In this document: piece by piece, positions 1-12,811 of the stretch
How the letters are laid out: the number at the start of each line of letters is the position of its first letter
Position numbering within the stretch: position 1 is the first letter of the stretch
Assembly (NCBI RefSeq): GCF_964355755.1
Contig: NC_092673.1
Span: forward strand, 26,595,648 to 26,659,647
Direction of reading: 5' to 3'
DNA length: 64,000 nt
Origin: Antedon mediterranea
Taxonomy: Eukaryota; Animalia; Echinodermata
The notes under the pieces: generated by a model
The model's database searches: none
The model's input: the letters and a program-made list of their open reading frames with translations, nothing else
What the model was told of the DNA's origin: nothing
Translations under genes and position numbers: made by a program

Positions 1-262
1 GACCTGATTGTTAAATTGGTCTAAAAAATATATTTTTTAAAGGTTCCCAATCATTTGGTCATGCCATTTAAGAGAAGATAGTATCTATGCGTAAACAAAT
101 TTTGGATTAGTCTTATTATGTACAGTAGATGGTTTCTTTGATAACTAAAATTAATTGTGTCATATCACAACTGTATTTGGTCATATCCCTACCATATTTG
201 GGCACATCACACTTCTTTCTCAAACTATTTTGATAGTGTAGACAGGGCTTTACAGTACTTAC

Positions 263-1855
263 CTCTTCTAAATTGTCCAGAAAACTAACTTCAAACTCAC
301 CGTGGCATGAGTTTTTAACATGCTGCTGTATTCTTGTGTGGATAATACCAGTAATAGCCTCTCCACACAAATGCTCTAGCAAACCAAGGGAAAACCTGTA
401 AAATAATTCACATAAAATCATAAATATTTTGTATTGGCTCATATATAATCCAACCCTACAACACATTGTAGTGTTTTTGGTTTAAAATATATTTTCTTCT
501 GAACATATACAGTAGTAGCTTATTAGCTCATTATCACCATTTTTTTCCTGTTTTTTCCCTTCTTACTGTCTTCTTTTTCACACTATTGCCTAGAGGGATG
601 TTTATTTTCGGTTTGAGGGTCGGAGGCCCGATCTTCTTGATACCGTACCTTTAGCAGCCAGAGCAAAAGTATTCCTAGCAATTGATTAATTACAGTACTT
701 AGAGAATAAACGAGGACATATTGATTGAAATAGAGGAGAGGCAAATAATGAAAAGGATAGTGGAGCAGCAAAAGCAATAGATTAGACATAGAATTAGGAA
801 AGGAGGACTTTTGGCAGATGACAAGGTGGTAGACAAGGTAGGTAGACTTACAGTTGTGAATTTACTTGGTAAAAAGATTTAAGTATTTCTTGACATGTAC
901 AGCAATCTGTATTAGTACAACCATTAGACTGAGGGTCTTTCTCACGTTCAGTCTCGTCTTCCATTCCATCATCGTCGGAAATCTCGAAAGCTTTGAAAGC
1001 CTTTGAGTAAAACTGCCAAACAATATTCTTTCGAAACTTTTGCGGCATGTGGTAAAACTGCGTTGCTTTGATTAGTACAATGAAACGTTCTTTTATTGTG
1101 AATAGTTTATGTTTTTGGGAGGCATCATCACAAGATATCTTATTAACAGCTTGCCTCAATTGGACGTAAGGTTGTAAGGAAGAATGCAAGTTGTCAACAC
1201 CAAGTACAAATGCATGGTTTGTGCAAGTGATGTTTTTCTGATCAGGGCAAAAATAACTCCAGAAATTTGGGGAAAACTTGTTTTGGAGATCCTGGCGTAG
1301 TTTCTCCAAAAGCCATTCTTCAATGAGGATGCCAAATCCTTGCTGATAGAGAGCGGACACAGATTCTAGCAGACAACCTGAATCTACCTACATTGTACAA
1401 AAAAACATTAGAAGAAGAGAAACAATCAATTTTCTAATATTTTTTATTTATTTATTCATTTATTCATTTTTATTTATTTATTTATTTTAATAGTCTAGGC
1501 CTATCTAGGCTACACTTCTCTTCTTGCTACTAAATTTTAGTAATACTAATTAATTAATAATAGGGCGGCAGAAAAAAAGCCCGGTGGTACGGTTTAGTAC
1601 TTCTAGTAGTAGGGCTTGCTAGGCTTACTCTATCTACTAACTAGCTAGGACACAGCAGGTGTACGATCCCATCCCGATCTACTACTATCTAACTTAACTA
1701 GGCCTAGCTACTAGCCAACAGCAGCCGGCCTTGGCCCCTCTATCCTGCCTGGCCTGGGCCTAGAGTACTAGTAACTACCTACTAACCTTTTCTTGTTTCT
1801 TAGATATAGAATGTTCTAATACATCCCACGATGTATTTACAATGTCATAATTCAT
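263..1855 (-). CDS. ANAPC2: Anaphase-promoting complex subunit 2, N-terminal exons (gene runs off the left edge)
   Basis: Exons 1855-1787 (MNYDIVNTSWDVLEHSISKKQEK), 1387-852 and 395-263 join in frame with GT-AG boundaries. The peptides IEEWLLEKLRQDLQNKFSPNFW and LGLLEHLCGEAITGIIHTRIQQHVKNSCHGEFEVSFL resemble the human APC2 N-terminus as I recall it (LEEWFVEVLQNDLQANISPEFW, RCRGEYERSFL). Confidence 0.88.
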
Positions 1856-2099
1856 TTTTTAATTCTTAAGAAACCACCCGCGCCAAACCAAAAACATATT
1901 TCAATTTTAATCAAAGAAGCCCGGCCCTCTATTATAGATACGGGGAAATCCCTTCAACAAATCACACGCCCTCTAGAGTTACTACTATTTTAGGGGAACC
2001 CCCTTTGTTGAGTTGAATCATTCATCACATGACATGCAAAACCTCTAGGTAGGCCCTAAACATAACAATACATAAGTTGTCAAATAGAAAGTGAAAATA
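1856..2099. promoter_or_regulatory. Bidirectional promoter between ANAPC2 and NEU1 with two kappaB-like motifs
   Basis: Only 244 bp separate the divergent ATGs. GGGGAAATCCC at 1942-1952 and GGGGAACCCCC at 1993-2003. Confidence 0.6.
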
Positions 2100-5000
2100 A
2101 TGTTGCTGTTGTTAATTATATCGACGTTTTGTTGTTTGGAAGTAGTACACACACATCCAGAAAATCAAAAAATTGGCGGAGTGACGCAGGTAGGCACTAA
2201 CAACTATAATAAAGACAAAGCAATTGTCATATTTATTTCGCTAGTATTATTAGGCCTAAGGAGGCTAACCTACCTATCTAGACCTACCCAACTGTGCCGT
2301 CTAACTAGACCTTAGCCTATAGACAGGTAGTTGGTTGGGCCTTTCTAAGCCCTACACTTGAAGGTGGTTAGGCTTTTGAATACGTCACTAACATTAACAC
2401 AATCCCATCATAATCCTGTATACTTTTTTTTATGAACTGTCTAGTCTGTGTATGAATTACTAGTTTAGATTATAATAATATTGCTCTTTTTTAATATGGT
2501 ATATGGGTGATCCGCCTTTTAAAGTTTATGGTTAATAAGAAGTACATTATCACTTCAGTTAAATATTCATGATCTATGCTACTATCAATGTTATTACCTT
2601 ACAGGTTGAGCCACTGGTGACATTGGAAGAGAAGATCTGGGTAGCAGGCGATGCTGATGTATCCCACTATCGCATCCCATTACTAACATACACTCCAAAA
2701 AACAAAAATCTGCTGGCTATGGCCGAGGCCAGAAAATATGCAACGTCGGATGCTGGGTCAAAGTTTCTGGCAATCAGAAGGTCTAATGATGGAGGTAATT
2801 GCTGGTAACCAAATCAAGGGTCATCGTTTACCACTTAGTTGGACCAAGGCAATCTAACAACAGGACAATGAGCTCACTTTGCCAAGTTAGGAACTTGTAA
2901 CAGTCCTAATTTGATCTTATGTCTGACTGTGACAAATACCAACATACTGTACTATGTACGTATTCTCTGCAGCACACTGTGTCTGTTAAGGGGCATGGAA
3001 CTGATTTTGTAGCAGCCACAGATAAACCCTTTGATATCCAGAACTCAGCCTCCTGTTGTTAGATTGCCTTGGTTGGACTATATCTGAAAACTGCTTCAAA
3101 TCTATAACTTACTGATCTATGGATAAGAAGTGGATGAGTTTGTCTAAATAATTAATAAACTATTAAATTAATTTCTTAGGGTACAGTTGGAAGCCGCAAC
3201 AGTTCATTGAAAATGACGGATCAATATTCGACGGAATCAGCCTTGGTTCGGTCGTCGTCGATGATGAACTTGGTAATATTTTCATCGTGTTCAGCCGTTG
3301 TAATCATTACGAGAAGTGCAACATTTCTACACTGTATTACGTGAAGAGTACGGATGATGGTTACACGTGGAACAATCCCGTCAATATGTCGATGAGTATT
3401 GGTACCAAAGCATTCGCTGCTGGACCAGGGTCCGGTATTCAGGTGAATCATTAATAATCATCACTATAATGCACTGTTCTTAAAAACGTTGTGCTCTAAA
3501 GGCTTTCAAACCATGTGATTGATTGAACAAATGCATATTTCTGTTTTATTATAAAATCATATGCATTTTATTTGTGGGGGTGAAAACGTAACCTTATAAA
3601 GGTAAAATAATTCCATAGCTAGCATAGCTCCAGATCAGAGGTGGATGATCCATGGGGGCGTGCTACTCTAGATCTGTTGACAGCTAAAATTAAATTATGA
3701 ACTACTTTTTAATATTTTTGATACTGCTCTCCCATGTTAACAAATCCTGGATTCTCTTTAATAGATTTTATATCTTTTGTTTTAACAGTTAAAAAATAGT
3801 AAATATAACGGTCGTCTACTGGTATGCGGTCATGGGACGCTAGATGGTGATGGTATGTTTTGTCTTATTAGTGACGACCATGGTGATAACTGGCGGTACG
3901 GTGGTATGCTGAAGAGTATACCGTACAACACACCAAAGGTATCTGGTGATTTTATACCAGATGAATGCCAGGTAATAGTCGATATTTGTTTTACATCCTA
4001 GAAATGATAAAATTCAAATTAGGCCCTCTACGAATCCACAAAAGCCACAGTTCAGTGCCAACCATAAACGACAAAGGCTGAGATGTACCAGTACACACTG
4101 GGGTAACTCTCTAATCTGCAATGCAATGGGTTTACAAGTCAGAAATGTACACTATACCACACTCCACCAGAACAGTGCTTGTTGAGATGCTAGAACCAGT
4201 GCCAATTTTATGACTTTATTTTGCGGTGGCCATGCCTTAAACCATGTGACGATTTGATTAATATTATTCAAAAATTACCTAGTTAATTAACCCAACCCAT
4301 ATTTAGTATTTCCCATGTTTATTATACCGTAGCCAATAGAAATGCCTGACGGATCTGTAGTAGTCAACACCCGGAATCAAGGCCATTATCACTGTCATTG
4401 CCGGATTATTGCCAAAAGTACAGATGGTGGAGAGACATTCCCTATTGATGATGTGTACTTTGACTTGAACCTAATCGAACCTGCTGTTGCAGCAGGGGCA
4501 CTTTTCCATAATGGCGTAATGTACTTTACAAATCCAACATCTACTTCACATAGTGAGTATATATTAGACTTAAAGCAAGGCAATCTAACAACAGGACACT
4601 GAGCTCGCCTTGCCAAGACAGTATGTACATATTCTCTATGGGGGTATGGAACTTATCGTGTCACAGATAAACCCTTTGATCTCTGAACCTCAGCATCCTG
4701 TTACTATATTGCCATGTTTAAAACCATTCCCTTTGTATTACAGATAGTAAGTTGATTCTGTTTTTTTATGTAATTTGAATTGGCCTTTTTATAGTTATTA
4801 TTTTAAATCCTTTTTACTGTGAATAATGATTTTTAATAAATTATACCATTATGAATGAAATGGATGAATGAATATTTTAACATGAAAAAAAAAATCATTA
4901 AAATATGAAAAATATATACATTTTTTAAATTTTTTTAGGGGTGAACATGACTCTACATTGGAGCTATGATTTAGGTAAAACATGGAATAACAGCTTAAGC

Positions 5001-5138
5001 ATCTGGCCGAATCCCTCTGGTTACAGTACTATGACTACTATACCTGGACTAGATAACAGTATTTATATACTCTACGAAAAGGGACGAGTATCAACCTATG
5101 AAAGCCTTTCGTTTGTTAAAGTTGATTTACACCACTGA
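2100..5138 (+). CDS. NEU1: Sialidase-1 (lysosomal neuraminidase), 6 exons, about 381 aa
   Basis: Exons 2100-2189, 2605-2794, 3180-3442, 3789-3971, 4333-4552, 4939-5138 splice in frame. Hydrophobic signal peptide, YRIP motif, Asp-boxes (SNDGGYSW, STDDGYTW, SDDHGDNW, STDGGETF, SYDLGKTW), GPGSGIQ, PDECQP, SGYS and LYEKG motifs of NEU1. Confidence 0.93.
2845..3071. mobile_element. P-superfamily-like MITE (diverged second copy at 4576-4716)
   Basis: TIR CAAGGCAATCTAACAACAGGA / TCCTGTTGTTAGATTGCCTTG. 7-bp TSD GTTGGAC at 2838-2844 and 3072-3078. Confidence 0.75.
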
Positions 5139-5983
5139 TCACGCTTTAAACATCATTACCATTAAATCTAAGTCTTGACACCAAAAGCAATACTCCCTCT
5201 AAAATGAAATTATTAACTACATTTTGATATCAATTGTTGACAGATTATTAATACATGTAAATTAATGGATCCGCCCCTAGTGCATGGTGACAATACTATT
5301 TCAATGACCTATATATATATTGTGACATATTGGATAAATTACTTTAGCAACATACAGTATTTTATGATATAATTTTTTGATTTTAATTAATTTAAAAAAG
5401 TATTAACCAAGCTCTCATGGGCTTTAGTAATCTCTTAGAAACCGTCAACAAAATTTATGTTATGATTGTTATGAGTAAGAGATAACTAGATCGTCTGGTT
5501 ACAGTGCTCAATACCAGTTATATGCACACACTAAATTGTTGGAATGTAACTAGTACTGATAATACTAAACTGATGCTGATTTATAAAGGAATTTCTTTTT
5601 GTTTATATTCTATAAAATATTAATTAATTTCACTGTTTTAAATTATACAGTATTTGATATGAAAATAAATTGTTATGTATTCATATGTTGTATGTACTGT
5701 AAATGTAATATAAATAGTTTTAATGTACACAAAAAAATTAAAAGCTGCTGGCTGTAGTTGAAGCCAGAAAACGTTGGACGCTAGATAACATTTTCTGCCA
5801 ATCAGAAGGTCCAATGACTCAATTAGCTTATACAGTATTTTAAAAACATTGAACCTGTCCTAAACTGGACTCTTTAAAATTTCTTCCAAATGCACAGGGC
5901 CTCGCATTCATTATGGCATATTTATGGAATACCTTTTTTCAACCACTAGCATCTTCACAAATAACTTGCACTCCAGCACACTG

Positions 5984-8900
5984 CTAGATACAGCCATCTG
6001 CTATAGGGTTGGCATGAATTGTGATATCCGAGATGCAGACTTTCTCCAGAGGGCGATAGTTCTTTTCGTTCACTGGTAGCTTTTCAAGTTCATCTATTGT
6101 GTCTAGCCCATCTATTACCCTGCAAATGATTATGTGTGTGTTTAAACAACTGTTTTTTTTCCTACAGTTTCATTTACATACTCTTAATTAACTATATTTC
6201 AATAGTTTTCACAATTGGTATAAGTAAAGGGTCAATATATAGGTCCATTTGTATACAAAAAGTGCTGCATTTACTGCAGTAACCTTCAGCATGGATCCAG
6301 TTTTCCAAAACAGGTAAATTTCTGTGTTGTCAATGATTGTGGCTAAACTACAAAGACTTTTTCAAGAAACTAGATATAATAATATATGTCAGACCAGGAT
6401 CTGTTGATATGTCTAAATATATTTTTTTTAATACATGTACTCTTAAAACCACTTACTTTCCTATGATGGTGTACTTCATGTCCAAGTGAGGCTGTTTGGC
6501 GTACGTAATGAAGAACTGCGAGCCGTTTGTGTTTGGTCCGTTATTTGCCATCGACACGACACCTCGTACATTATGCTGTCAATTAGAAAATGTAATGTTA
6601 ATAGTGAAACATTTGGGACCTTTTGTACTATCCATGATACAGTATAATTTAATTTTAGGTATAGTGTAATTTTAGATAGTTTGGTTTCAGTTTAATTTGA
6701 TTGAGCTTGCAACGCTGTATTGAAAAAGGTCAAAATGAATGCACCAGTTAACTGACCTTTATACAAAGTCATTTTACCTTTATTGTATCTACAAATTCAT
6801 CCTCAAACTTTCGACCCCAAATGCTGACCCCTCCTTTGCCTGTACCACTGGGGTCACCTGTCTGCACCATAAACCCTTTTATGTTTCTACAAAAAGAGCA
6901 TAAAATTAAGGTTATAACATAAAAATACATTACCACAAATAATAGAACATAAGTTGACATTTGATCAATATATTTGCTTAAGTCAAAATAGTAAAGCAGA
7001 GCTTAAGTGAAAACAAGCTTTATTTATTAAACCAGATTTTATCTTGTAAGATATGGACTTCGGTATTCGGAATGTGTTTTTAATGGTAAAAAGAAATTTG
7101 GGACAGGTTGAAACTCGAGTTTGTCTTTATTATAAATAAACACACCAGCAGGTTTTACAGGCCTGCTCAGTCTTACCTGTGGAAGAGACATCCTTTATAA
7201 TATCCACTAGCTGACAATGCAAGGAAGTTTTCACATGCTCTTGGGACTTGCTCACAAAACAGTTCAATTTTGATATCACCAAGATCTGAATGTATAGTCA
7301 AAGACTGTGAAAGAAAAAAAAAGAAGTGACAGTTAATGATAAACTGTATGTATGCAATATATAGTCTACATATATATTTTGGCACACATGGAATTTTATA
7401 CATGTACTGTAATATAATTGGACAAAAAAAATGTACTGTAAAAATCAAAACACTGATGATGGTCATAAAGGAATATTAAAACAACTTGAGACCAAAACAA
7501 AAAGTAAACATTCAATCAACAATATCCGCATGATAGGTCAACTTGCAATGAAACTATAATTTACTGCATTATGCAAACAAAACAATTCGATCAATTTCAA
7601 AATATTTATTTGGTATTTTTTATATCAGTACTGTATAATCATATATTAATACTGTAAACAATGTAATATTGTATGTGTACAAACATTAATTACATAACTT
7701 TAATTCAGTTCTCTAAAATATTGTGCTCAAAGGCATAATTTCAAACCGTGTATTAATGGATGGAAATGTTATTTTGCACTTTGTGCCTTCCATACCTATA
7801 ATTGTACAATGCTATTTTGAGGTCACTATTGTTCATAAAAGTAAATTCATAGTCATCATTGATAATTAGGATACAATAGAATAAGTGTTCAGAGGCAGTT
7901 TTACTTTATAGTATAATTTGAAAAACTTTGTTGAATTAGAGTATTATTTTGAAATTTTTAATTAATCAAACTATTCTTGATTCTTCATTTTAATTAAAAC
8001 ATTTTTAGTTTTTTCATAAGCACCGAAGAAAATAGCGCCACCTATAGTTATCCACATAACTCTAGGTACTATTCCTGCATAAAGTCCTTTGAATCCGTTT
8101 GTATGCCAAACATCTTGAATAACGTAAAATATATTTCCATCAGCCGTCTTTGATCCTTGTTCAGCTAGCATGATTCTGGTTTTTGCAACATCAAGCGGAG
8201 TAGTGATTGCAGCAGAGATGCCTCCGGCGGTAGCGCCACACAACGCCGACTGGAAAGGATTAACATTTCCACTTTGCCGATCACTCCAAACTTTTTTTAA
8301 TAATTCCCATATCGGAAACTGAATAAAAGAAAATGGAATTTCCCTCAAAAGAAGACTAATATAGCCACGATAAAATCCATAAGATCCTTCCGATTTAAAC
8401 GTCTCTTTAAAGACAGCGACACTGTTGAGTTTAGGATTTGTCTGCGCTCGTTGTTTTACGACCTCTACCGGGTTACGTACCAGACAAGCGGTCATTTCTC
8501 CTACAGTAGCAGCTCCCATATGAACAAATGGCATATACGAATGTGATACATATTCAGAACCGAACTTCTTCGTAATTTCATAAGCACCAAAGAACAACCC
8601 AGCTGTTGGAGCAGACCCAAGTACAACGGGTAACAATCCTGAATATATGCCACGAAAACTGCCGGCTCGCAAAAATCCTTGGGAACTTTGGAGACGCGTT
8701 TTAAGGGTATCTAACGGAAAGAGTACAATATCCACTGACACACCAGCGCATCCTCCTGACGCTAGGGCAACCAAAAAGCCTGGCTCTAATCCACTCATCT
8801 TCTCTGAAAAATATAATGATGCCCATAATACTTTTAATTTTGTTGAGCGAGGAAAGTTTGACACAAATTTCCATAAGGAATTAATCCAAATTTGGTATGA

Positions 8901-10623
8901 ATGAAGGAATGAATTTCTTTCTTGATTGGTATTGTTCTTCATGAATAGTTATGTATGACGACTTCAGATCACAATTATCCATAATGCGTTGCAGAGTATT
9001 TCTATCCTTTAGATTGTATGCTTTGTTAGCATAACTGGTAGGCCTAAAAAGCCTTTTTGTTTTGGTATTGTCTGTCTGCTGTATGTCCATGTATAGTACA
9101 ATCTTCATTTTTTTGTGTGAAAATGTTTTATGGTATTGGTATACTGCTATTAATTATTATAATGAACGAAAAGAATCAAACTTGCAGATAAAAGCCCAAA
9201 AAAGAAAGAGAATAAAAACTGAAATATTATAAACCTGTATTAGATAAAAATGGATGAATTTATAGTGGGCTCTAGGCCTATTTATAAAAATAAAGTAAAA
9301 GAACATTTATTTAGGCCTACTAGGCCTAGGCTAAATTATTATATCAGTGTCTAAAAAAAAAAATAAAGTGCAAAACATTACTGATAAAAGTGTATTCCCT
9401 AGGCCCTAGTAATATCCACGTACGTACTGAACATTCCGGTTAGTCCCAGAGGACCCCAATCTAGTACGTACGTGCTTAGGCCTATCTATGCCTCCTCCTT
9501 TCTTGCTCAGCTGTCTTGTGATGGTGGCGCGCCCTAACTAAACTAGACTAGGCCTAGCGGCGCTAGTTCCGTTTCGCACCTGTCGTTTATTTCGACTCAA
9601 AATTGGTTAAGTAACTTTATCGTGAGTACCACACCTTAGAATTAGGCCTCAAAAATACTATTACGAAGGAGATCACACAAAAAGTAAAAAATAAATCCTT
9701 TAAATTGATGAATTTACAGACGTGTTTCTCGCACATCGGTTCGTGAATTTCGCATACTCTATGTTCAATGTTGTTGTTTCTATGGAGCGCCAAAAGAGCA
9801 ATCATAATAGAGGGTTAAATACTCAGTAAATTACGTATATTTAATGCATTAATTTTATTGATGAAAATTACGTTCAATTTTATCATATTTTGTCAATGTC
9901 AATGCAACAAAAATATTACTGTTGATACTGTACATGGTTTTTGCAGGAACTTTTAGGAATGAAAATCGACAAATTCATCATCATATTACATATACTGTAG
10001 TGTATTAATAATATTCCTCTTAGTCTTACTCTTAGGGAGGCGTAGGCCTAGGGTTGGTTGCTATTTGAAAACAGCAAATTATTAGCAGTAAAATGTTACA
10101 GCATTTTTATTGACAAAATATATTAAAATTAAACGTGTATTTCAATAATAAATGCAATAAAAGAAGACGCATTCCACTGAGTTTTTAACCATCTATTGTT
10201 GTTGCTCTTTTGGCGCTCCATAGAAACGAAAATATTGAACTTCGAGTATGCTAAATTCGCGAACGGTATGCGAGAAACATGTCTGTAAAATCATCAATTT
10301 AAGGATTTATTTGTTACTTTTTATGTGATTATTCTTAATAAAAGTACTTATGGGGCCCAATTTTAAGGTGTGGTATTCACAATAAGTTGCTTAACAATTT
10401 GGAGTCAAAAGGAAGTCGAAATAAAAACAGGTGCGAAACGGAACTAGCGCCGGCCTAGCTAGGAATAGTATGAAGCTTGGGCCTGGCTGGCCTAGACTTA
10501 CCGGTCATAGGCAGCCTAAATAAAATACATTTGCGCAAGATAAGAAGACCAGAGCAAAATACATGTTTTGGTATAAGTAACAGCACACATACAGAAATGT
10601 CAAAACAGTTTTTAACCTACCAT
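5984..10623 (-). CDS. PPIL3: Peptidyl-prolyl cis-trans isomerase-like 3 (cyclophilin), about 164 aa
   Basis: Exons 7304-7177, 6886-6778, 6575-6457, 6119-5984 encode [67 protein letters not shown]. The first of these lacks Met. The best ATG|gtaggt phase-0 donor is at 10623-10621, so the position of the first exon is inferred. Confidence 0.9.
7971..8798 (-). CDS. SLC25A26: Mitochondrial S-adenosylmethionine carrier, intronless ORF of 275 aa nested in PPIL3 intron 1
   Basis: Three mitochondrial-carrier signatures ([30 protein letters not shown]) plus [14 protein letters not shown] and [14 protein letters not shown] typical of SAMC. True start is probably Met49 of the listed ORF (8798), just after a polypyrimidine-CAG acceptor at 8806-8804. 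Confidence 0.93.
   Translation of the reverse strand: MSGLEPGFLVALASGGCAGVSVDIVLFPLDTLKTRLQSSQGFLRAGSFRGIYSGLLPVVLGSAPTAGLFFGAYEITKKFGSEYVSHSYMPFVHMGAATVGEMTACLVRNPVEVVKQRAQTNPKLNSVAVFKETFKSEGSYGFYRGYISLLLREIPFSFIQFPIWELLKKVWSDRQSGNVNPFQSALCGATAGGISAAITTPLDVAKTRIMLAEQGSKTADGNIFYVIQDVWHTNGFKGLYAGIVPRVMWITIGGAIFFGAYEKTKNVLIKMKNQE
9559..10451. mobile_element. Non-autonomous DNA transposon with long TIRs (Merlin-like)
   Basis: Imperfect TIRs of about 270 bp starting GGCGCTAGTTCCGTTTCGCACCTG. Exact 8-bp TSD GGCCTAGC at 9551-9558 and 10452-10459. GG termini with an 8-bp TSD fit Merlin. Confidence 0.78.
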
Positions 10624-11282
10624 TTCTTATCCACTTTATCCACTCTCTTTTCGTCAATCCACAAACATGTGTCGCGGTGGTCACGGTCACAGATAGATCT
10701 AAATTTGCTCAAACTCAATCAACCGTTACTTAACTTGAGGTATATTCTGAGTACGTAATATGTACCACAGTGCAGGTATATTATTCGGACCATCAAAATG
10801 AAGACAGGAACATGTTCATGGACATTGATTATTAACAACTTAGGGAGTTTTAAAGGAAGATTTGATTGGATAGTTTGAGGGAGAGCGTCATTTCGACGAT
10901 CGAGCATTCTCTACTCTCTATTTTTAGCATGTTAGAGCATGACGGATTAATGAATAAATAATATGATCAGAACTATGGAGCGCCAATCATTGTTTTGTCT
11001 AGTAACCTAAAGAAATTGCCTGTCGTACATGTTTACAACACTAAATGTTTAAAATTTCATTTCTTTAACTCTGACACTACAGGTTTCAAAATAAGATTTT
11101 TTATGTGGAAAGTCCTGCGTTGCAGTAAAAAGCCGATGGGATGGTAATTGTCTTTATCATTCAATATCCCGTATTTTTTTGTGTAATTATATTTTTCTAA
11201 TTAATAAAAGATTTTTTATTTTGTGTATGTACAGTACTTGTATCTGAATATTTGTTACTTGCAGCCAAGTATACCATCATTT

Positions 11283-12811
11283 TGAGTATATGGAACACAA
11301 TGCATTATACTGTAATAAGCAATGAGGCCGTTTTCCTATGTTAAAGCATTGTGTTCCTGTGGTATCATTTGGGTATATGGAACAAATGCATTATATATAA
11401 TGAATAAACCACAATACGAGGCCGTTTTCCTATGTTAAAGTATTGTGTTCCTGGGGTATCATTTTGGGTATATGGAACACAATGCATTATATATTCATTA
11501 TAACATAATGAATAAACCACTGTAGCAATGAGGCCGTTTTCCTATGTTAAAGTATTGTGTTCCTGGTGTATCATTTTGGGTATATGGAACACAATGCATT
11601 ATATAATTATAATGAATAAACCACTTCAATAAGCAATGAGACCGTTTTGCTATGTTATAGCATTGTGTTCCTGGGGTATCATTTTGGGTATATGGAACAC
11701 AATGCATTATATATGATGAATAAACCACTGTAATATGAGGCCGTTTTCCTATGTTAAAGCATTGTGTTCCTGGGGTATTATTTTGGGTATATATTCTTTA
11801 CTCCATGGTATATGGAACACAATGTATTATTTAAACCACTGTAATATGAGGCCGTTTTTCTATGTTAAAGCATTGTGTTCCTGGGGTATCATTTTGGGTA
11901 TATGGAACACAATGCATTATATAATTATAATGAATAAACCACTGTAATAAGCAATGAGGCCGTTTTCCTATGTTATAGCATTGTGTTCCTGGGGTATCAT
12001 TTTGGGTATATGGAACACAATGCATTATATATAATGAATAAACCACTGTAATATGAGGCCGTTTTCCTATGTTAAAGCATTGTGTTCCTGGGGTATCATT
12101 TTGGGTATATGGAACACAATGCATTATAGATAATATTACAGTGGTTTATTCATTATAATAATGCATTGTGTTCCATATACCCAACATAATACCCCAGGAA
12201 CACAATGCTTCAACATAGGAAAACGGCCTCATATTACAGTGGTTTATTCATCAATGCATTGTGTTCCATATACCCAAAATGATACTCCAGGAACACAATG
12301 CTTTAACATAGGAAAACGGCCTCATATTACAGTGGTTTATTCATCATAATAATGCATTGTGTTCCATATACCCAAAATGATACCCCAGGAACACAATGCT
12401 TTAACATAGGAAAACGGCCTCATATTACAGTGGTTTATTCATCATATATAATGCATTGTGTTCCATATACCCAAAATGATACCCCAGGAACACAATGCTT
12501 TAACATAGGAAAACGGCCTCATTGCTTATTACAGTAGCTTATTCATTATATATAATGCATTGTGTTCCATATACCCAAAATGATACCCCAGGAACACAAT
12601 ACTTTAACATAGGAAAACGGTCTCATTGTTTATTACAGTGGTGTATTCATTATATATAATGCATTGTGTTCCATATACCCAAAATGATACCCCAGGAACA
12701 CAATACTTTAACGAGGAAAACGGCCTCATTGCTTATTGAAGTGGTTTATTTATCATATAATGCATTGTGTTCCATATACCCAAAATGATACCCCAGGAAC
12801 ACAATACTTTA
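11283..12811. repeat. About 95-105-bp tandem repeat that switches orientation near 12130
   Basis: Unit AATAAACCACTGTAATATGAGGCCGTTTTCCTATGTTAAAGCATTGTGTTCCTGGGGTATCATTTTGGGTATATGGAACACAATGCATTAT runs to about 12127; its reverse complement runs from about 12133. Confidence 0.92.

Noticed and set aside
8799-9108. 48-aa N-terminal extension of SLC25A26 and the upstream 75-aa ORF
   Set aside because: They lie upstream of a clear splice acceptor at 8806-8804, show no recognisable similarity, and the carrier has normal length from Met at 8798.
11283-12811. CRISPR-like array (palindromic repeats at regular spacing) and its MHCVPYTQ.. ORFs
   Set aside because: The intervening sequences are themselves repeated rather than unique spacers; eukaryotic context, no cas genes.
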